Of a stretch of DNA of 64,000 bases, positions 52,345 through 64,000 are shown in pieces. This DNA is from Pavona decussata. Its lineage: Eukaryota. The first letter of the stretch is position 1; each line of letters opens with the position of its first letter. The DNA lies in NCBI GenBank assembly GCA_977016875.1, contig CDRNST010000038.1:2852001-2916000 (forward strand). Direction: 5' to 3'. The notes beneath the pieces were generated by a model. It ran no database searches and had not been told where the DNA came from. It saw only the letters and a list, made by a program, of their open reading frames with translations. A program made the translations under genes and the position numbers.

Positions 52345-52426
52345 TACCCTGCGAGCAGAGGCCCTTCGAACTTCCTAGATAAGTCGACTTATCTAGGAAG
52401 ATCGAGGGGCCTCTGCTCGCAGGGTA
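52345..52426. mobile_element. 82-bp near-perfect palindrome MITE, 9-bp TSD
   Basis: TACCCTGCGAGCAGAGGCCC..GTCGAC..GGGCCTCTGCTCGCAGGGTA; flanks acctatcta / acctgtcta. Confidence 0.88.
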
Positions 52427-52575
52427 ACCTGTCTATAGCACAACTGTCAGTTATTATTAATTGATCTTGAGCCACAGAAACACTGGTTATTGTAAATTAA
52501 TCTATTACTAATTGAAGTTAGCTTCTACTGAGTATGTAGTATTGTCTTATAATACGCCTTAGATGGTGCTTCTTT

Positions 52576-53017
52576 CAGAGGCACCTAACGACAGTTTTCT
52601 CTCAGATCCTTTGAAACGCTATTTTAGGCTATCTGGAGTGCCTTTAAAGCCCTGTAGGTTCATTTTAGGCTGCGCTATAATATTTTTATCTGTTCCGTCA
52701 TTCTAGGGGAACTTGAGTCTTTTCGAAACTACTAGGGCATTTTTGTCCATTTCCCGAAAACCTTAGGTCTTATTTCCTTTCCGAAAATCTTAGCTGACCT
52801 TTTTTCGGTACCCGAAACGACATTTTTGTCAATCCGAAAACAGTAGGCCTTAATAATCTGTCCATGTTGTCCTTAGGCTCCTTAGTTCATGTTGTCCTTA
52901 GGCCTTAAATTTCCCGTATCACGAAAGTTCGAAGTGAAAATTCCCTTCAGAAAATTGTAGGGGATTAAGGGCCTTCCGAACAGATAATTTACCGAAGCGA
53001 TCCGTTGGGTGCCCCTG
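52576..53017. mobile_element. MITE (CAGGGG-type ends, hAT-like)
   Basis: cagaggcacctaacg / cgttgggtgcccctg. Confidence 0.65.
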
Positions 53018-53455
53018 TTCTTTGTGGAAAACCAAGTTGGGCCACCTTTTTACAGTTCTCTCGTTGTACCACCCCCCCCCCCCCCCCACCCACCTGAAAG
53101 CCTGATACTCACATTAGTATCGATAGACTTCAAAGATCAGTTTCGTCGTTTCAGTGTAATGAGAATTTTATTCGTGCAGCCTTCAGGCGCCAAGGCCTGC
53201 ATTTCGTGGAACGGACATAAAAACAAGGGCGCGGGGATTGATGGGAGGGATACAACAGTCCCACAATACCCGCACTGCACGAAAAAAACGGATTTACTCA
53301 ACTTTGAAACTAGAGCAAATCTGTAGCAAATTTAAGGCTCTAAATTTGACACAACTTTTCCTTTGATACAAATGTTACGCAAATAAACAAATTTGCTTCT
53401 GCTCAATTTGCGTGCAATTGTTGCTTAAATCTGATATTTGCTTCGAACTTGCGTC

Positions 53456-53815
53456 AGTTTTGCAACATAGGTAAATCTACGAATGCCATACATATTTGCT
53501 TCAGGTTTGCTTACTATACCAAAGTTGAATATTTTACCGCATAGTAAATGCCGGCAAGCACTGCACAAATGCCATGCTTGCATTGTCGATTGAACACATT
53601 AACCACGATGCAGAACTGCATGCATATTGCCGTTTAGTTTATTCACATTTGCTCGAGGAGTAAATATACTAATTTGCCCCAGTTTCGCAACATAGGTGAA
53701 TCTACAAATGCCATACAAATTTGCATCAGATTTGCTCATCATACCAAAATTGAATATTTTACAGCATAGCAAATGCTGGCAAACACTGCACAAATCCCAT
53801 GTTTGCACTTTCAAA
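53456..53815. repeat. Direct duplication of about 130 bp (53456-53585 and 53680-53812)
   Basis: gcaacataggt.aatctac.aatgccataca.atttgc.tcag.tttgct occurs twice. Confidence 0.8.
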
Positions 53816-55169
53816 TAAAGCAAGACGCCTGAAAACGAGAAAGGTCTGAAATTGGTCTGAAATACTTTCATTTGGAGGATTGCGAAGACGATCTCACTCC
53901 ATCTACCTGTATTCCTAGCAACCTCGTGAGGCCGTTGCTAGGGAAAATCTGTTTGCTATATCTCAGCACAAGTTTGGTCGTATCAAACCAAATTTTGTGG
54001 TATTCATTAAGCTAAGTTTGGCTCAATCGATGACGTCATTGCCCCACGCGTGTAGTCTGACATGACCCAAAAACAGAAAAATGTGGCAAAACACATTGTA
54101 AGTTGTTCTTTTCTCAAGTACTTTTTCCATCATATTGGTAGCATTCGTTTTGCGTTTCGTCAAAAATTAAGAAAAGGATAAAGCTTACTTGAAGTGTCTT
54201 AATTTGATCAATTTTTGCTTTTCATTTCTGTTTTTTGTATTTTCGCAAAAAGCATGCTAACCTTACGTTTCAAGAAAAACAGCTTCTCCCTCGATTGACT
54301 TTAAAAGAGGGTAGTTAGACTTTCTTCTCCCCCAAAAACGGAAGTCGTAAAGCCACAAGTGCGGAGCGGAACTTAAATAACTTTGCATTCACTTTATTGT
54401 TCAGTCTGGAGTGTAGTTATCGTTTCTGAATTACTTCAAGCTTTAGTTAGTCCTTTATCCGAAGAGGTGGCTATTGTTGGCAAACCTCTAGCACTTCAGT
54501 AGGAGCAATCCTTCTGTGTCTGCCGTAAGACTTGCGTTCTTTAAAGAACTGAAGTCAATTCATGGCGTGACGGCTTCCGGAGCATTAGATTCCGCCCTTT
54601 GAACCCCAGGCTGGGGTTCCAAGAGCGGTGTGACTGATCTTACTTCTCCGAAAACCTTTCCAAGCTGTAATTCACTTTCTTCACTCTTAAATACTACGTA
54701 CAGCAGACACGGCCTCGGGAACTTGTACAGATGCATTTATTTCTTGTATCCTTTTAAACAAAAATATAACCTTGGTAGTTCACTTTCTCAAATTCTCTGT
54801 GCGATGTGACCTCATAGAAAGAAAATGGACCCTTTTCCCCCAAAAGTGTTGTTCTCTTGCTAAGCAACAATTTTCATGATAAACTAAAGTAGTCATATTC
54901 TTGAATATTCATGTTTTTAAGCGGAAAAATCTGGGATGATACTTGTCTGTCGACCCAAACGCGCGTTGTTTGGAATAAAACCCGTTTGTTTACGTCAAGA
55001 AGTTTTTGCCCACGTTTCTCGATCTTTTTGTCTGGTTTTTGTCCATATTTATCCGCTTTTAATTTCTGGCTAACGTACCCTTCTCATTTTTCAGAGGAAG
55101 CATACTTTTCTCATTTACTTTGCAGTTACCTTTTCGATACTTTATTAATATTGGTGAACTCGTCGGTCG

Positions 55170-55435
55170 CGGAACCCGGAAGTGAAATTGTACTTGACTG
55201 TTGTGTACGTGTACTTAGCAACGAGATAGGTAAATGGACCCCTAAAACAAAATGGGCTTCTGACGAAATCTTATTTTTAGGCCGGAATCAATATTTCTTC
55301 TCATTAATGTTGGATTGCTTACCACTTCACCTGACTTTAAACAAAAGAGCGTTCGATCGTTCGATCTCGCCTGATCTATTAATGAGCCCACGGTAAAAGG
55401 TACCTCGCGGTCATACGCCAAAAACAATGGCGTCA
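55170..55435 (+). promoter_or_regulatory. Probable SCAP promoter/TSS region
   Basis: ETS-type CCGGAAGTG near 55176 and YY1-like AACAATGGCG near 55423, upstream of the first coding exon; TSS not determined. Confidence 0.4.
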
Positions 55436-55776
55436 GTCCAATTTTAGACTTGGAACAATTTTATAGAGCCACTATTTTTGTTCGTTATATCACAATCTGA
55501 ATAGCGCAATGGCAGCAAACGGATAAGCGATAGAAGGAGAGGCGTTTGTGGATTGAGGAAGTGCAAAGATTCCGCTAATTTCTTCTAAACATGGACAAGA
55601 TACGAAGTTACACGAAGGCCTGATCGTGTCACATGGTCCGTGGAGCACATTTCTTGATGGCTGTCAGGAAGGAAGTCTGCAGCTTTGAGTTAAATTCAGG
55701 AAAGGAACTCTGAACTGCAAAAAGGGCGTAGATCAGTTATTAATGTCGGCGGAAGGAAATCTTTTTTCACGTTATC

Positions 55777-55949
55777 ATGAGGGCAAGTGGGATCATGATG
55801 GAAAGCGAAACGAAAGACTCTGAAAATGTTGAGGAGAGCGAGAGTGGCAGAGACTGGATTTCTCGCCTGTGTTATGAACATGGATATTTTTGCGCTACAC
55901 ACCCGAAAATAGTCATATTTTTTACGGCAGTGGTCATTTTTACATGCAG
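55777..55949 (+). CDS. SCAP: SCAP coding exon 1 (start may be ATG 55777, 55795 or 55798)
   Basis: In-frame stop upstream at 55741; ends TGCAG|gtgagt; TM1. Confidence 0.88.
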
Positions 55950-58900
55950 GTGAGTTAAGTACCAAAGTACACCTACAACCATTGTAGTCAAATTAAAGCG
56001 TGCCGTTGTACATGCACATCCATTGTAGTCAAATCGAAAGAAAGGATGTACGGTGGGAGGGTGATTCCCTGGCGATGACACACTTTCCATGGATCCATGA
56101 ACCCTTTTCACTCCGACGAACGCTAATAATAGAAATAAAGGAAAATCAAACAGTTTCATGATCATTTGGAAAAAAAATACTGAGAAACAAAAACCTACCT
56201 ACAGTAGCTTAACTGTACGTAGGAAATAAAACACTAGGCAAGCTACAAGGTTTCTACGCAATTTTTTTTTACTCGTGCTGTATCCATGGTTACTGCTTAT
56301 CCAGACAGGTTTCTGTTAAGTGCAAGTTTGTATAGAAACCTTGTCAAATGCAGTTTTTTTTTTACTGTAACAACCCGCTAAGAACCTGAAAATTAAGAAC
56401 CTGTTAGCCAATTTTGGATTTTATACCCCCTATAAACAAGAACCTATTTAGCCTAAAAATTGAAAACCAGTTCTTATTTTCTTAAATCATATTTTAGTAC
56501 ATTACAGCTGCAGTGCAAGAACCTATTTGAAGAAAAAAAAGAAGATTCTCATTACTGTACAAATGATTTTTTTTAAAAAAATAAAAAAGAGTGCAAGACA
56601 TTATGTAAATTTACACAGCAATACGAAGATTACCACGCTAATGCAGTCTGAACAATGTAACACTGCAAAAAGTGGTCACTTAAATTAAGTGCTTTTCTCC
56701 AGAATTATTAGAACCTTTTTTAAGAACCTAAGTAGCCTAAAATTGTGTTAACTTCCATTTATGTCAGAACCTGTTTTGGCTACTTCCCAAAAATGTAGTC
56801 TCTTAGTTGCAGGTTTTTACTGTATCTTTCATGTACAAAGTGTTCACAGCATTAGATTTTATCCATCAACAGAAAATATTCATCCCCTTCTGGGGAAGGT
56901 TTTTTATTTACACAGCCCCACCCTACCCTTCCTCTCATCCACAACTCTTTGGAAATTGCAGGTTGGTTTCATGTACTCTCATTTTAAAAGTGTCAAATGG
57001 TTTTAACACCCTTCCTCTTGCTCTTGGAATTTTCAATGACATTTCATAAGGTTCGAGGGGGCACTGACAGGGAGATGGAGGAAGGGGAGGGTTGGGGATG
57101 GGATAACAATCAATAGTTTCTTGTATTGCAAATTAACCAGTAACTAGTGAGGCAATTGTTCCTTGATATTTTCCATGTAAACTGAATTACTAATTCTTTT
57201 TTCTTTTCTTTTTTTCTAAGTGCACCCCTACTTTCAGTACCTTTTTTTGGGGGTTCAGCAACAATAGAATGGATTACATTGAGTTCTTCTGGGGTGTCTG
57301 TTGCTGACAGCAGGGGTCAAACACAAAGACTACTACAGGGAAATGACAGCACTATACCAAGATGGGTAAGATAAGGAGTTACAAGTACTTTAATAATAAT
57401 TTGTAGTAAATTTATATGGCTTGCATGTATGTAATGAACTTCAATAGACATGCTTCTGTCTAGCACAGTTGGGTTTATATTGGCAAGGTACATTTAGAGT
57501 TAGTACCTGCCATGTACTGTAAATTGATATTAACTTTATCTAACTCTAAGTCCAGAGATCTTCATTTTGTTTTTCTAAAACCTCAGTTGGCCCTAGTTGG
57601 CCCATCACTGTAGAAGGATGTTTGCAGCCTCAATGCAGCTTTGTCCTTGAAATGAAAGTTGGGTGTTATTAATACTTGTTCCCTTGGTGGGGGGGGGGGG
57701 GGGGGGAGGACTCACTTTTGAAAAGTACAGGGATACTTGTTGTCTCAATTAGGGGTGTAAATTTTCAATTAGTGATGGCCTCAGTCATAGTACTAATATT
57801 TTCAACCATCCAGGTATCTCTTAGGGTTGTGAACAAAGAATCACTTGTCTGTCCATTTTAGAATGGTAATTTTTAGGGATTGTGTACAGCCATACTCAGA
57901 TTGGTCTCCTGAAGGAGTTAAACTCAAATTTTCTGATGAGCATCCCCATACTTTTCCATGGGAGTCCCCTCTTCTCTACCCCCCCCCCCCCCCCCCCCCC
58001 CCCCCTAACCCCACCTAGGACTTATGCCAGGACCTGTTCAGACCCATCATTTTTTTCGTGGTACAGTGTACATGTATCAGATGTATCAGTATGTTTTTTA
58101 ACTTCTGTTCAAGTTTTCTAATACCATTTTGTTCTCCAGTTTGTAGGTGACCCAGTTCTTTATATCCAGCAGTTTATTTTAATGGCACATGTCAGTCCGT
58201 GGAGACCACACCTGCAGAATAACTTGGTGATAAAAGAGGCACTGAAACCTGCATTTAACATCACAAAATTTATCACAGATTTCCAGTATCGACAGGGGTG
58301 TGTAATCCATTGATGTTCTAAAAATTGTCATTGTGGTACAACTTAACTGTTCCAGCTGTGGAGCAATTTTGGCAGATTGTCTTAAAAAAATCCTAATGCC
58401 TAGGGGTCAGCCCTGGGGTGGGGGAAGGGGGGAGGGGGAGTCGGCACTACTGGAAATGACTGATGCAACAAGGGCTTTTTTAAGAGATCTACATGTAGGT
58501 GATTTCAGGAAAACACTACGGGGAGTGGGGGATTAGGGGACTCCTATTTAAAACTGATGGGGATGATCATTGTACCTTTTAGGAGTTAAAATTTGTCGTT
58601 TGGTTCCCCTTTGGGTAATCAAATCTAAAATGACTTCCATGAGAGGTATAGTGATACAGTTCAGGGTATTAGTGAGTCAAGAAATATGACAAGAAGTAAA
58701 TGTCAATCATCTGATTTGGTACCTCTTAAAGGACCCTAGTCAGCCTCCGCCATTTTCGATGCCATCAAAATTAATGATATTGCATGGTGAAGCGAAATCT
58801 TATTGCTTTACTGTAAGTTGTGTTCCTGAAAGTATGTTTCATTATCTTTAGTAGTTTCACGGTGATTTCGTTCCTTTCGACATGCTCTGAATTAAATATA

Positions 58901-61900
58901 ATAGCCAAACTCTCGCACATAAACAAAAACAAAGGTGTGGCTGTCTAGGTCCCTTTAAGGCAAAAAGTTGTTCAGATCACGTCCACCAAACAGAATTCTA
59001 ATTTTGACTCAAGACTCCTTTCACATCTGAAACACTGGCTATGGTGTGCATGACTTGGCAATGTTAATGTTACACCTGTTGTAATTCAGTTACAGACTGC
59101 CTTAACTTGACCGCATTTGCCTTCTGTTATAGGAGCAACACCATCAAGTTAAGTGATGTTTGTTTACAAGTGAAGTCTGGTTCAAGTGTTGCTCTTCTGT
59201 CTGGCTACAGAATCAAAGACCAGACATATCTTCCTTCTAAAGGATGTCTTTTGCTTTCACCTGCTAATCTTTGGAATAGAAATATACAAAGGTAAAAGAG
59301 TAATTAAAAGTAACTGAAAGTTCATTTAGGACTTTGTACAAGGGGACATACAGTTGTAAGTGCTGATTTGGTCTTGAAGTCAGATTCCTTTAAAGTAGCT
59401 TCTTTTCGGCGCATTTTTCAATGCATGGACTGGTTAAATGGCACAAAAAATGTTCTCATTACTTTTCATACAACTTTTAAAAGCAACTCAAACAAAAAAT
59501 TAAAGCATTGCTAGTTGACTTCTTTACTTGTATGTATGGTTCAAACAGTCTCCAGGCAAAGAAATAAATACAAAACTTGTAACATTGCATTTCATGTTAT
59601 TCAGTCTGTCTGCCAAAATAGAGCTTCTTTGGAGTTATCGTGATTTTAAGAACAGACAGATACACTATCACTTAAAAATAATGCTCCTCTTGTACTTAAC
59701 TCTTCAATTTTTGTTTTCAATTGGTACGTAAATAGAGAACTTGATTTGAGAAGCTGTGGGGTAATGTTCGTAATGTTCGAATTCCAATCTTGGCTTTCAT
59801 GCTGACATTGTATATTAAGTGGGTTGTCTTAGATTTACCCTGCTCTTAGGATTCCTCTTTCCCTCCCTCAACAAAAACCACCATTTCCAAATTCTAATTT
59901 GATGTAGCTACAATCATGGACAAAACTTGTTAAGAAAACTGCAAATTTTGGGCATATTTTTAAATCTATCTTAAAGAAAACACCGCGTGGAGAGTAGCAA
60001 CTCCCCCCTCCCCCTAAATCAGTAGGTTGCTTTGAAGCCCGGACGATGACCCAGGCTTTTTCTCAGCGATAGAGCAACATTGATGAGGGGGAGGGGGGGG
60101 GGGGGGGCTGTGTTGTTAACGTATCATAACTCTAGTGGTCGAATTTGGAGATTGACGTAAAAGTTCCTTAACAGTTTTGTCCACGATTGTAGATGGAAAG
60201 GAACTCTGCTGTGTAAAGCACTGTGCCTGATGTAGCTTTTCTTTCATAAAATTGTTTAATCTATTCAGGACTGCCTCCTTCAGTCTTGTAATCTGTCTGT
60301 CCTTCTGTCTGTCTGCCCGTCTTTCAGTCAGTCAGGCAGTCATGAATATTTGGTTTTTATTGACTGGGTTGGTAAAGGTAATTTGGCTACCAATCAGTCA
60401 GTCAGTCAGTCAGTCATGAATATTTGGTTTNNNNNNNNNNNNNNNNNNNNNNNNNNNNNNNNNNNNNNNNNNNNNNNNNNNNNNNNNNNNNNNNNNNNNN
60501 NNNNNNNNNNNNNNNNNNNNNNNNNNNNNNNNNNNNNNNNNNNNNNNNNNNNNNNNNNNNNNNNNNNNNNNNNNNNNNNNNNNNNNNNNNNNNNNNNNNN
60601 NNNNNNNNNNNNNNNNNNNNNNNNNNNNNNNNNNNNNNNNNNATACACTGTATGTTCAAACAATCGAATGTTGATATTGAGTTGTTTGGACAGCTCCTCA
60701 GACGCTCATACCCTATCATCTCACCTACTCCCCACCCCCCTCCCCCCTTCCTTTCTACCCCCTTTCAACTGGTTAGCCAAGAGACTGAGTTGTAACGTTA
60801 CATCTTTGCTTTTTGAAAACTGAAATAGCTGCCAAAAAGAAGATAGAAAAAATAGCAAGAAATTAACATAAATTTCATTACCTCTGCATGCCACTATAAG
60901 CATTGATGCATGATACATGTGCATGGCAGTAACGTTTGATAACATTTACATTGTTGCCATTTTAGGTTTGATGAAGACCCCTCAATACTTGATGATCTTT
61001 ATTTAGACCACAGCAAGCCATCACTCAATACTGCGCTGAGAGGTACATGTATGGATCCAGTGGCTGTTGTCAGGAAATCAGGGTTCATCACATTCAATAT
61101 CTTGAAGTCCTTCAATTTGAAGCAAGCCATTGTGGTGCTTGGAAATTTCTCACCAAAACTCTCTTAACCCTTTAATCCCTAAGAGTGTGAATTGGCACAT
61201 AATACCATAACTCTGTCAACATTTGTCCGTTTTGTATGAATTTTTGACACCAAGATGGTCTTGTGAAGATCTTCTCATTAAAAGGATGAAAACTTAACTC
61301 CCTCCCATATGTGATATGGTTGACCAAGTTAAAGCATCTCTCACACTAATGAACATGTTGAGAACTGCAAAATAAGCTATAGTTTAGGGGTATACCTAAT
61401 ATACACAAGAATTGGGACATTTTTGAACTTTTAAACTTTTTACGTTTTAAGGCCATTTATCTCAAAGCCATAGCTTTTCTCATTCATAATTATATCAGTT
61501 ATGAAATACAGTCATGAGTAGCTTTAAAATGGTATATCATTATGGACATTGAGTTTGTAGTCCTGGATCTGGAGAAAATGTCATTTTGCCCTAAGGGTTA
61601 TCAGTATATTACATTATAATGTACTGATAACCTGTGATTAATTGATGTTTTGCACTTCACTTGCAATAACAACCTGTGATTATGGGCAAGATTTCCATTT
61701 AATTACAAAATGAAGCTCAAAACAGCGGATAAAACATTGGAGCAGCATTTCCTGAAGGAATTTAAGGCCACATGTAGAAATTCGGGTGAACAAGGCTGAG
61801 CTAAAACAACAACAAGTGATCTGAAAAGTCATTTAAGTCGGTTATACTCTCAGCCCTTTAATTAATGATATTAAGTTATTACAGATTAGTACAAATTATA

Positions 61901-63986
61901 CACAAAATATTGTAATGAAGTAGTGAAAGTCAGCGTTTAAGTTAACAGTGGACATGATGTACAACAGTCAAGATTATTAATAAACTTTTTTGTGACTAAA
62001 AGTAAGATGTTAAAATTTTTTTTTTGCTATCAACAGAGCACATACTTGGTTTGCCACTCAGACAGACAGGAATCTATCCTAATATGCACACTGATGGGCC
62101 CAATCATGTCATCCAGTATGCCATAACGCTTGTGCTGTCATCGCACGACTCAAGGTACAATATTGTTCATTGTGGCTCAACTATGACCCCGCCTGACACC
62201 TCAGTTTTAAAAAGGACACATGTCCCTATGTCAAGGTCAATACAACGTTTTGAATGGCATATTGTTAGGGGCATAACTGAAGATTTGGCATAAAAATCTT
62301 AATTTCTCAATCACGATCACATGACTCAAGGTACCATATAGTTAATTCTCAACTCTGACACCTTAGTTAAAGGCCCTTGTTCCTTTATCATTGTCAATGT
62401 CAAATTTTGAAGGTCTCAGTATTACATTGTAACCTGGGCATAAATGAATATTTGGCATTTTTTATTTATTTATTTTTTTTTTAATTCAATATTTATCCAG
62501 GGGCATCCAATCTTAATTCCTCAATCACAATCACCTGATTCACAGTACCATATAGCTAATTCCCAACTCTGACACCTCAGTTAAGGGCACATGTTCCATT
62601 ATTAATGTCAACTGATGTAATATTTTGAAGGCCGGCCTGAGTATTACATTGTAAGGGGCGTAACTGAAGATTTGGTGTAGCAATATTAATTTCCCAATCA
62701 CATGACTCAAGATGTAAATATGAGATTCTTAACTCTGATACATCAGTCAATAGGGCAAATGAGTCATATGAATCAAACATCTGCCAACTAGGAGAGTGTA
62801 GCAGGAATGGCGCAGTGGTAAGAGTACTTGTCTCCCATCGATGTGGCCGGAAATTATTCCTGGACTTGGCGTTGTGGGGGTTGAGTTTGCTGTTGGTTCT
62901 CGATTGATCATCCTTACTCCAAGAGGTTTTCCTACGGGTACTCCATTGTTCCTATTCTCCTTAAAAAACCAACATTTCCAAATGCACATTCAATCTGGAG
63001 AGCATTCCCATACTGTAAAGCCATTTGATCTTCTTGTCATGGAATCATGCGCAATACAAGTTTACAAATTTGTTTATTTATTTAACAACATTTGACTCGT
63101 CTTGAGAGCGGAGCTCAGATATTTTTCCCAAGTACATTTATTGCTGTGTCACTGACCAAAAAAATGTCAATTATAATATCACATTTCTCTCGTGATAGGA
63201 ATCATTTATTTATAAAAATTATGGTATTTTTATTTAATCTCCGTCTATCCAGTTACATAGATGAACTCAGCAAGCAGTTAAAGAAGGAATTTCCTCTGGC
63301 TTCCCCAACAAAAAAAGATGGCAGTGTTGAAAGAGATGATGTCGTGCACATATACTACAAGGTGTGGATGAAGGCAGAAATATTCTTGTTAAATAAAAGA
63401 AGTAGAGGTTGCAAGTGGATGTTTCTTGACAGAAACCTTTGCAAAGAACGGTGGTATTTTTGTTGGTTTGTCACAATAATTACATGGCAATCAACAACTG
63501 TGATTGCATGTGATTGTAGCACTTGATTGTTATTAATAAACAATTTATTATATTCTACTCACATTTGTTGGAAATGTAATGATTATAGCCTATTCTGTGC
63601 TATGTGCCTTGTTAGCTATACAGTATCTATCATCTCATGTCCAACACATGTTTGTGGTTTATAATTAAATATATAATTACTTTTTTCAGGGTGAGGACAG
63701 AGAGCTCATTGAACTCCTTCCCCTCTGTGTTACCTACTGCATAGTGTTTCTGTACTTGGCATTCTCTGTTGGTGAGTTGATGCCATTTTTGAAATACAAT
63801 TTACAGAGTAACTTAAATTAAAGCAAGAGAATTGATCGGAGATAAATTATTTTTTACAGGGAAGATAGAGATGGTGAAGAGCAAGTGGGGTTTGGCTTTC
63901 AGTGCCGTCATCTCAGTGATCGCGTCTCTTGTCATGGCTTCAGGATTATGCTCCTTCTTTGGCCTTGTTACTACTCTAGACAGCAG
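55777..63986 (+). CDS. SCAP: SREBP cleavage-activating protein, N-terminal part to start of the sterol-sensing domain; exons 55777-55949, 57221-57365, 58140-58297, 59133-59291, 60966-61042, 62037-62154, 63253-63361, 63690-63771, 63860-63986
   Basis: Spliced translation has SCAP signature blocks: [64 protein letters not shown] (human, from memory: [44 protein letters not shown]). All phases are consistent. Confidence 0.95.
57221..57365 (+). CDS. SCAP: SCAP coding exon 2
   Basis: ttctaag|[15 protein letters not shown]|gtaag. Confidence 0.88.
58140..58297 (+). CDS. SCAP: SCAP coding exon 3
   Basis: [21 protein letters not shown]... Confidence 0.9.
58730..58954. mobile_element. TTAA-TSD MITE (Kolobok-like)
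   Basis: TTAA-AGGACCCTAGTCAGCC ... GGCTGTCTAGGTCCCT-TTAA, nested in another repeat. Confidence 0.75.
59133..59291 (+). CDS. SCAP: SCAP coding exon 4
   Basis: [23 protein letters not shown]. Confidence 0.92.
59908..60192. mobile_element. MITE inserted at the 3' end of a degenerate SINE
   Basis: ctacaatcatggacaaaact / agttttgtccacgattgtag. Confidence 0.8.
60431..60642. other. Assembly gap (212 N)
   Basis: N run next to a (CAGT)n duplication. Confidence 1.
60966..61042 (+). CDS. SCAP: SCAP coding exon 5
   Basis: [16 protein letters not shown]; phase 2-1. Confidence 0.87.
62037..62154 (+). CDS. SCAP: SCAP coding exon 6
   Basis: [17 protein letters not shown]. Confidence 0.88.
62143..62757. 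repeat. About 170-210 bp tandem repeat x3.3 starting at the SCAP exon 6 donor
   Basis: gactcaag..ctgacacc.cagtt..ttttgaa..gcataactgaagatttgg..aatcac units. Confidence 0.8.
62800..63000 (+). mobile_element. tRNA-derived SINE (family 2)
   Basis: agcaggaatggcgcagtggtaagag..tgagtttgctgttggttctc..aaaaccaacatttccaaat. Confidence 0.8.
63253..63361 (+). CDS. SCAP: SCAP coding exon 7
   Basis: [16 protein letters not shown]. Confidence 0.88.
63690..63771 (+). CDS. SCAP: SCAP coding exon 8 (TM2)
   Basis: [23 protein letters not shown]. Confidence 0.92.
63860..63986 (+). CDS. SCAP: SCAP coding exon 9 (sterol-sensing domain)
   Basis: [34 protein letters not shown]. Confidence 0.94.
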
Positions 63987-64000
63987 GTGAGAAAATTATC

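Noticed and set aside
55320-55378. Possible sterol-regulatory elements (TCACCTGAC, TCGCCTGAT) upstream of SCAP
   Set aside because: Imperfect short matches that are not distinguishable from background.
60350-60823. ORFs spanning N gaps (also near 27.5 and 48.2 kb)
   Set aside because: Artefacts of N runs; SCAP phases join across this gap without needing a missing exon.

Overview
Eukaryotic, intron-rich, AT-rich genomic DNA. It is most likely from an anthozoan (scleractinian coral), inferred from gene structure and repeat families rather than proven. There are three N gaps. Three spliced genes were reconstructed by hand, with GT-AG introns and consistent exon phases. (1) The last five coding exons of ANKAR (+, 836-5207). 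(2) A convergent receptor tyrosine kinase (-, 26331-9128): signal peptide, 3 Ig, 2 recently duplicated FN3, TM, RET/FGFR-class kinase. It has two duplicated, mutually alternative terminal exons, giving about 933 or 950 aa. (3) The first nine coding exons of SCAP (+, 55777-63986, continuing past the window). The region from about 26.4 to 55 kb has no recognisable host coding exon. It is filled with MITEs, tRNA-derived SINEs, a LINE RT fragment, Penelope-like/hammerhead remnants and satellites. Most ORFs in the supplied track are spurious. No prokaryote-type novel system is supported. The most notable items are the duplicated signalling-tail exons of the RTK, its FN3 duplication with a filled/empty MITE site, ultra-short palindromic elements with 9-bp TSDs, a minimal hammerhead-like motif, and SCAP uORFs and decoy splice donors.
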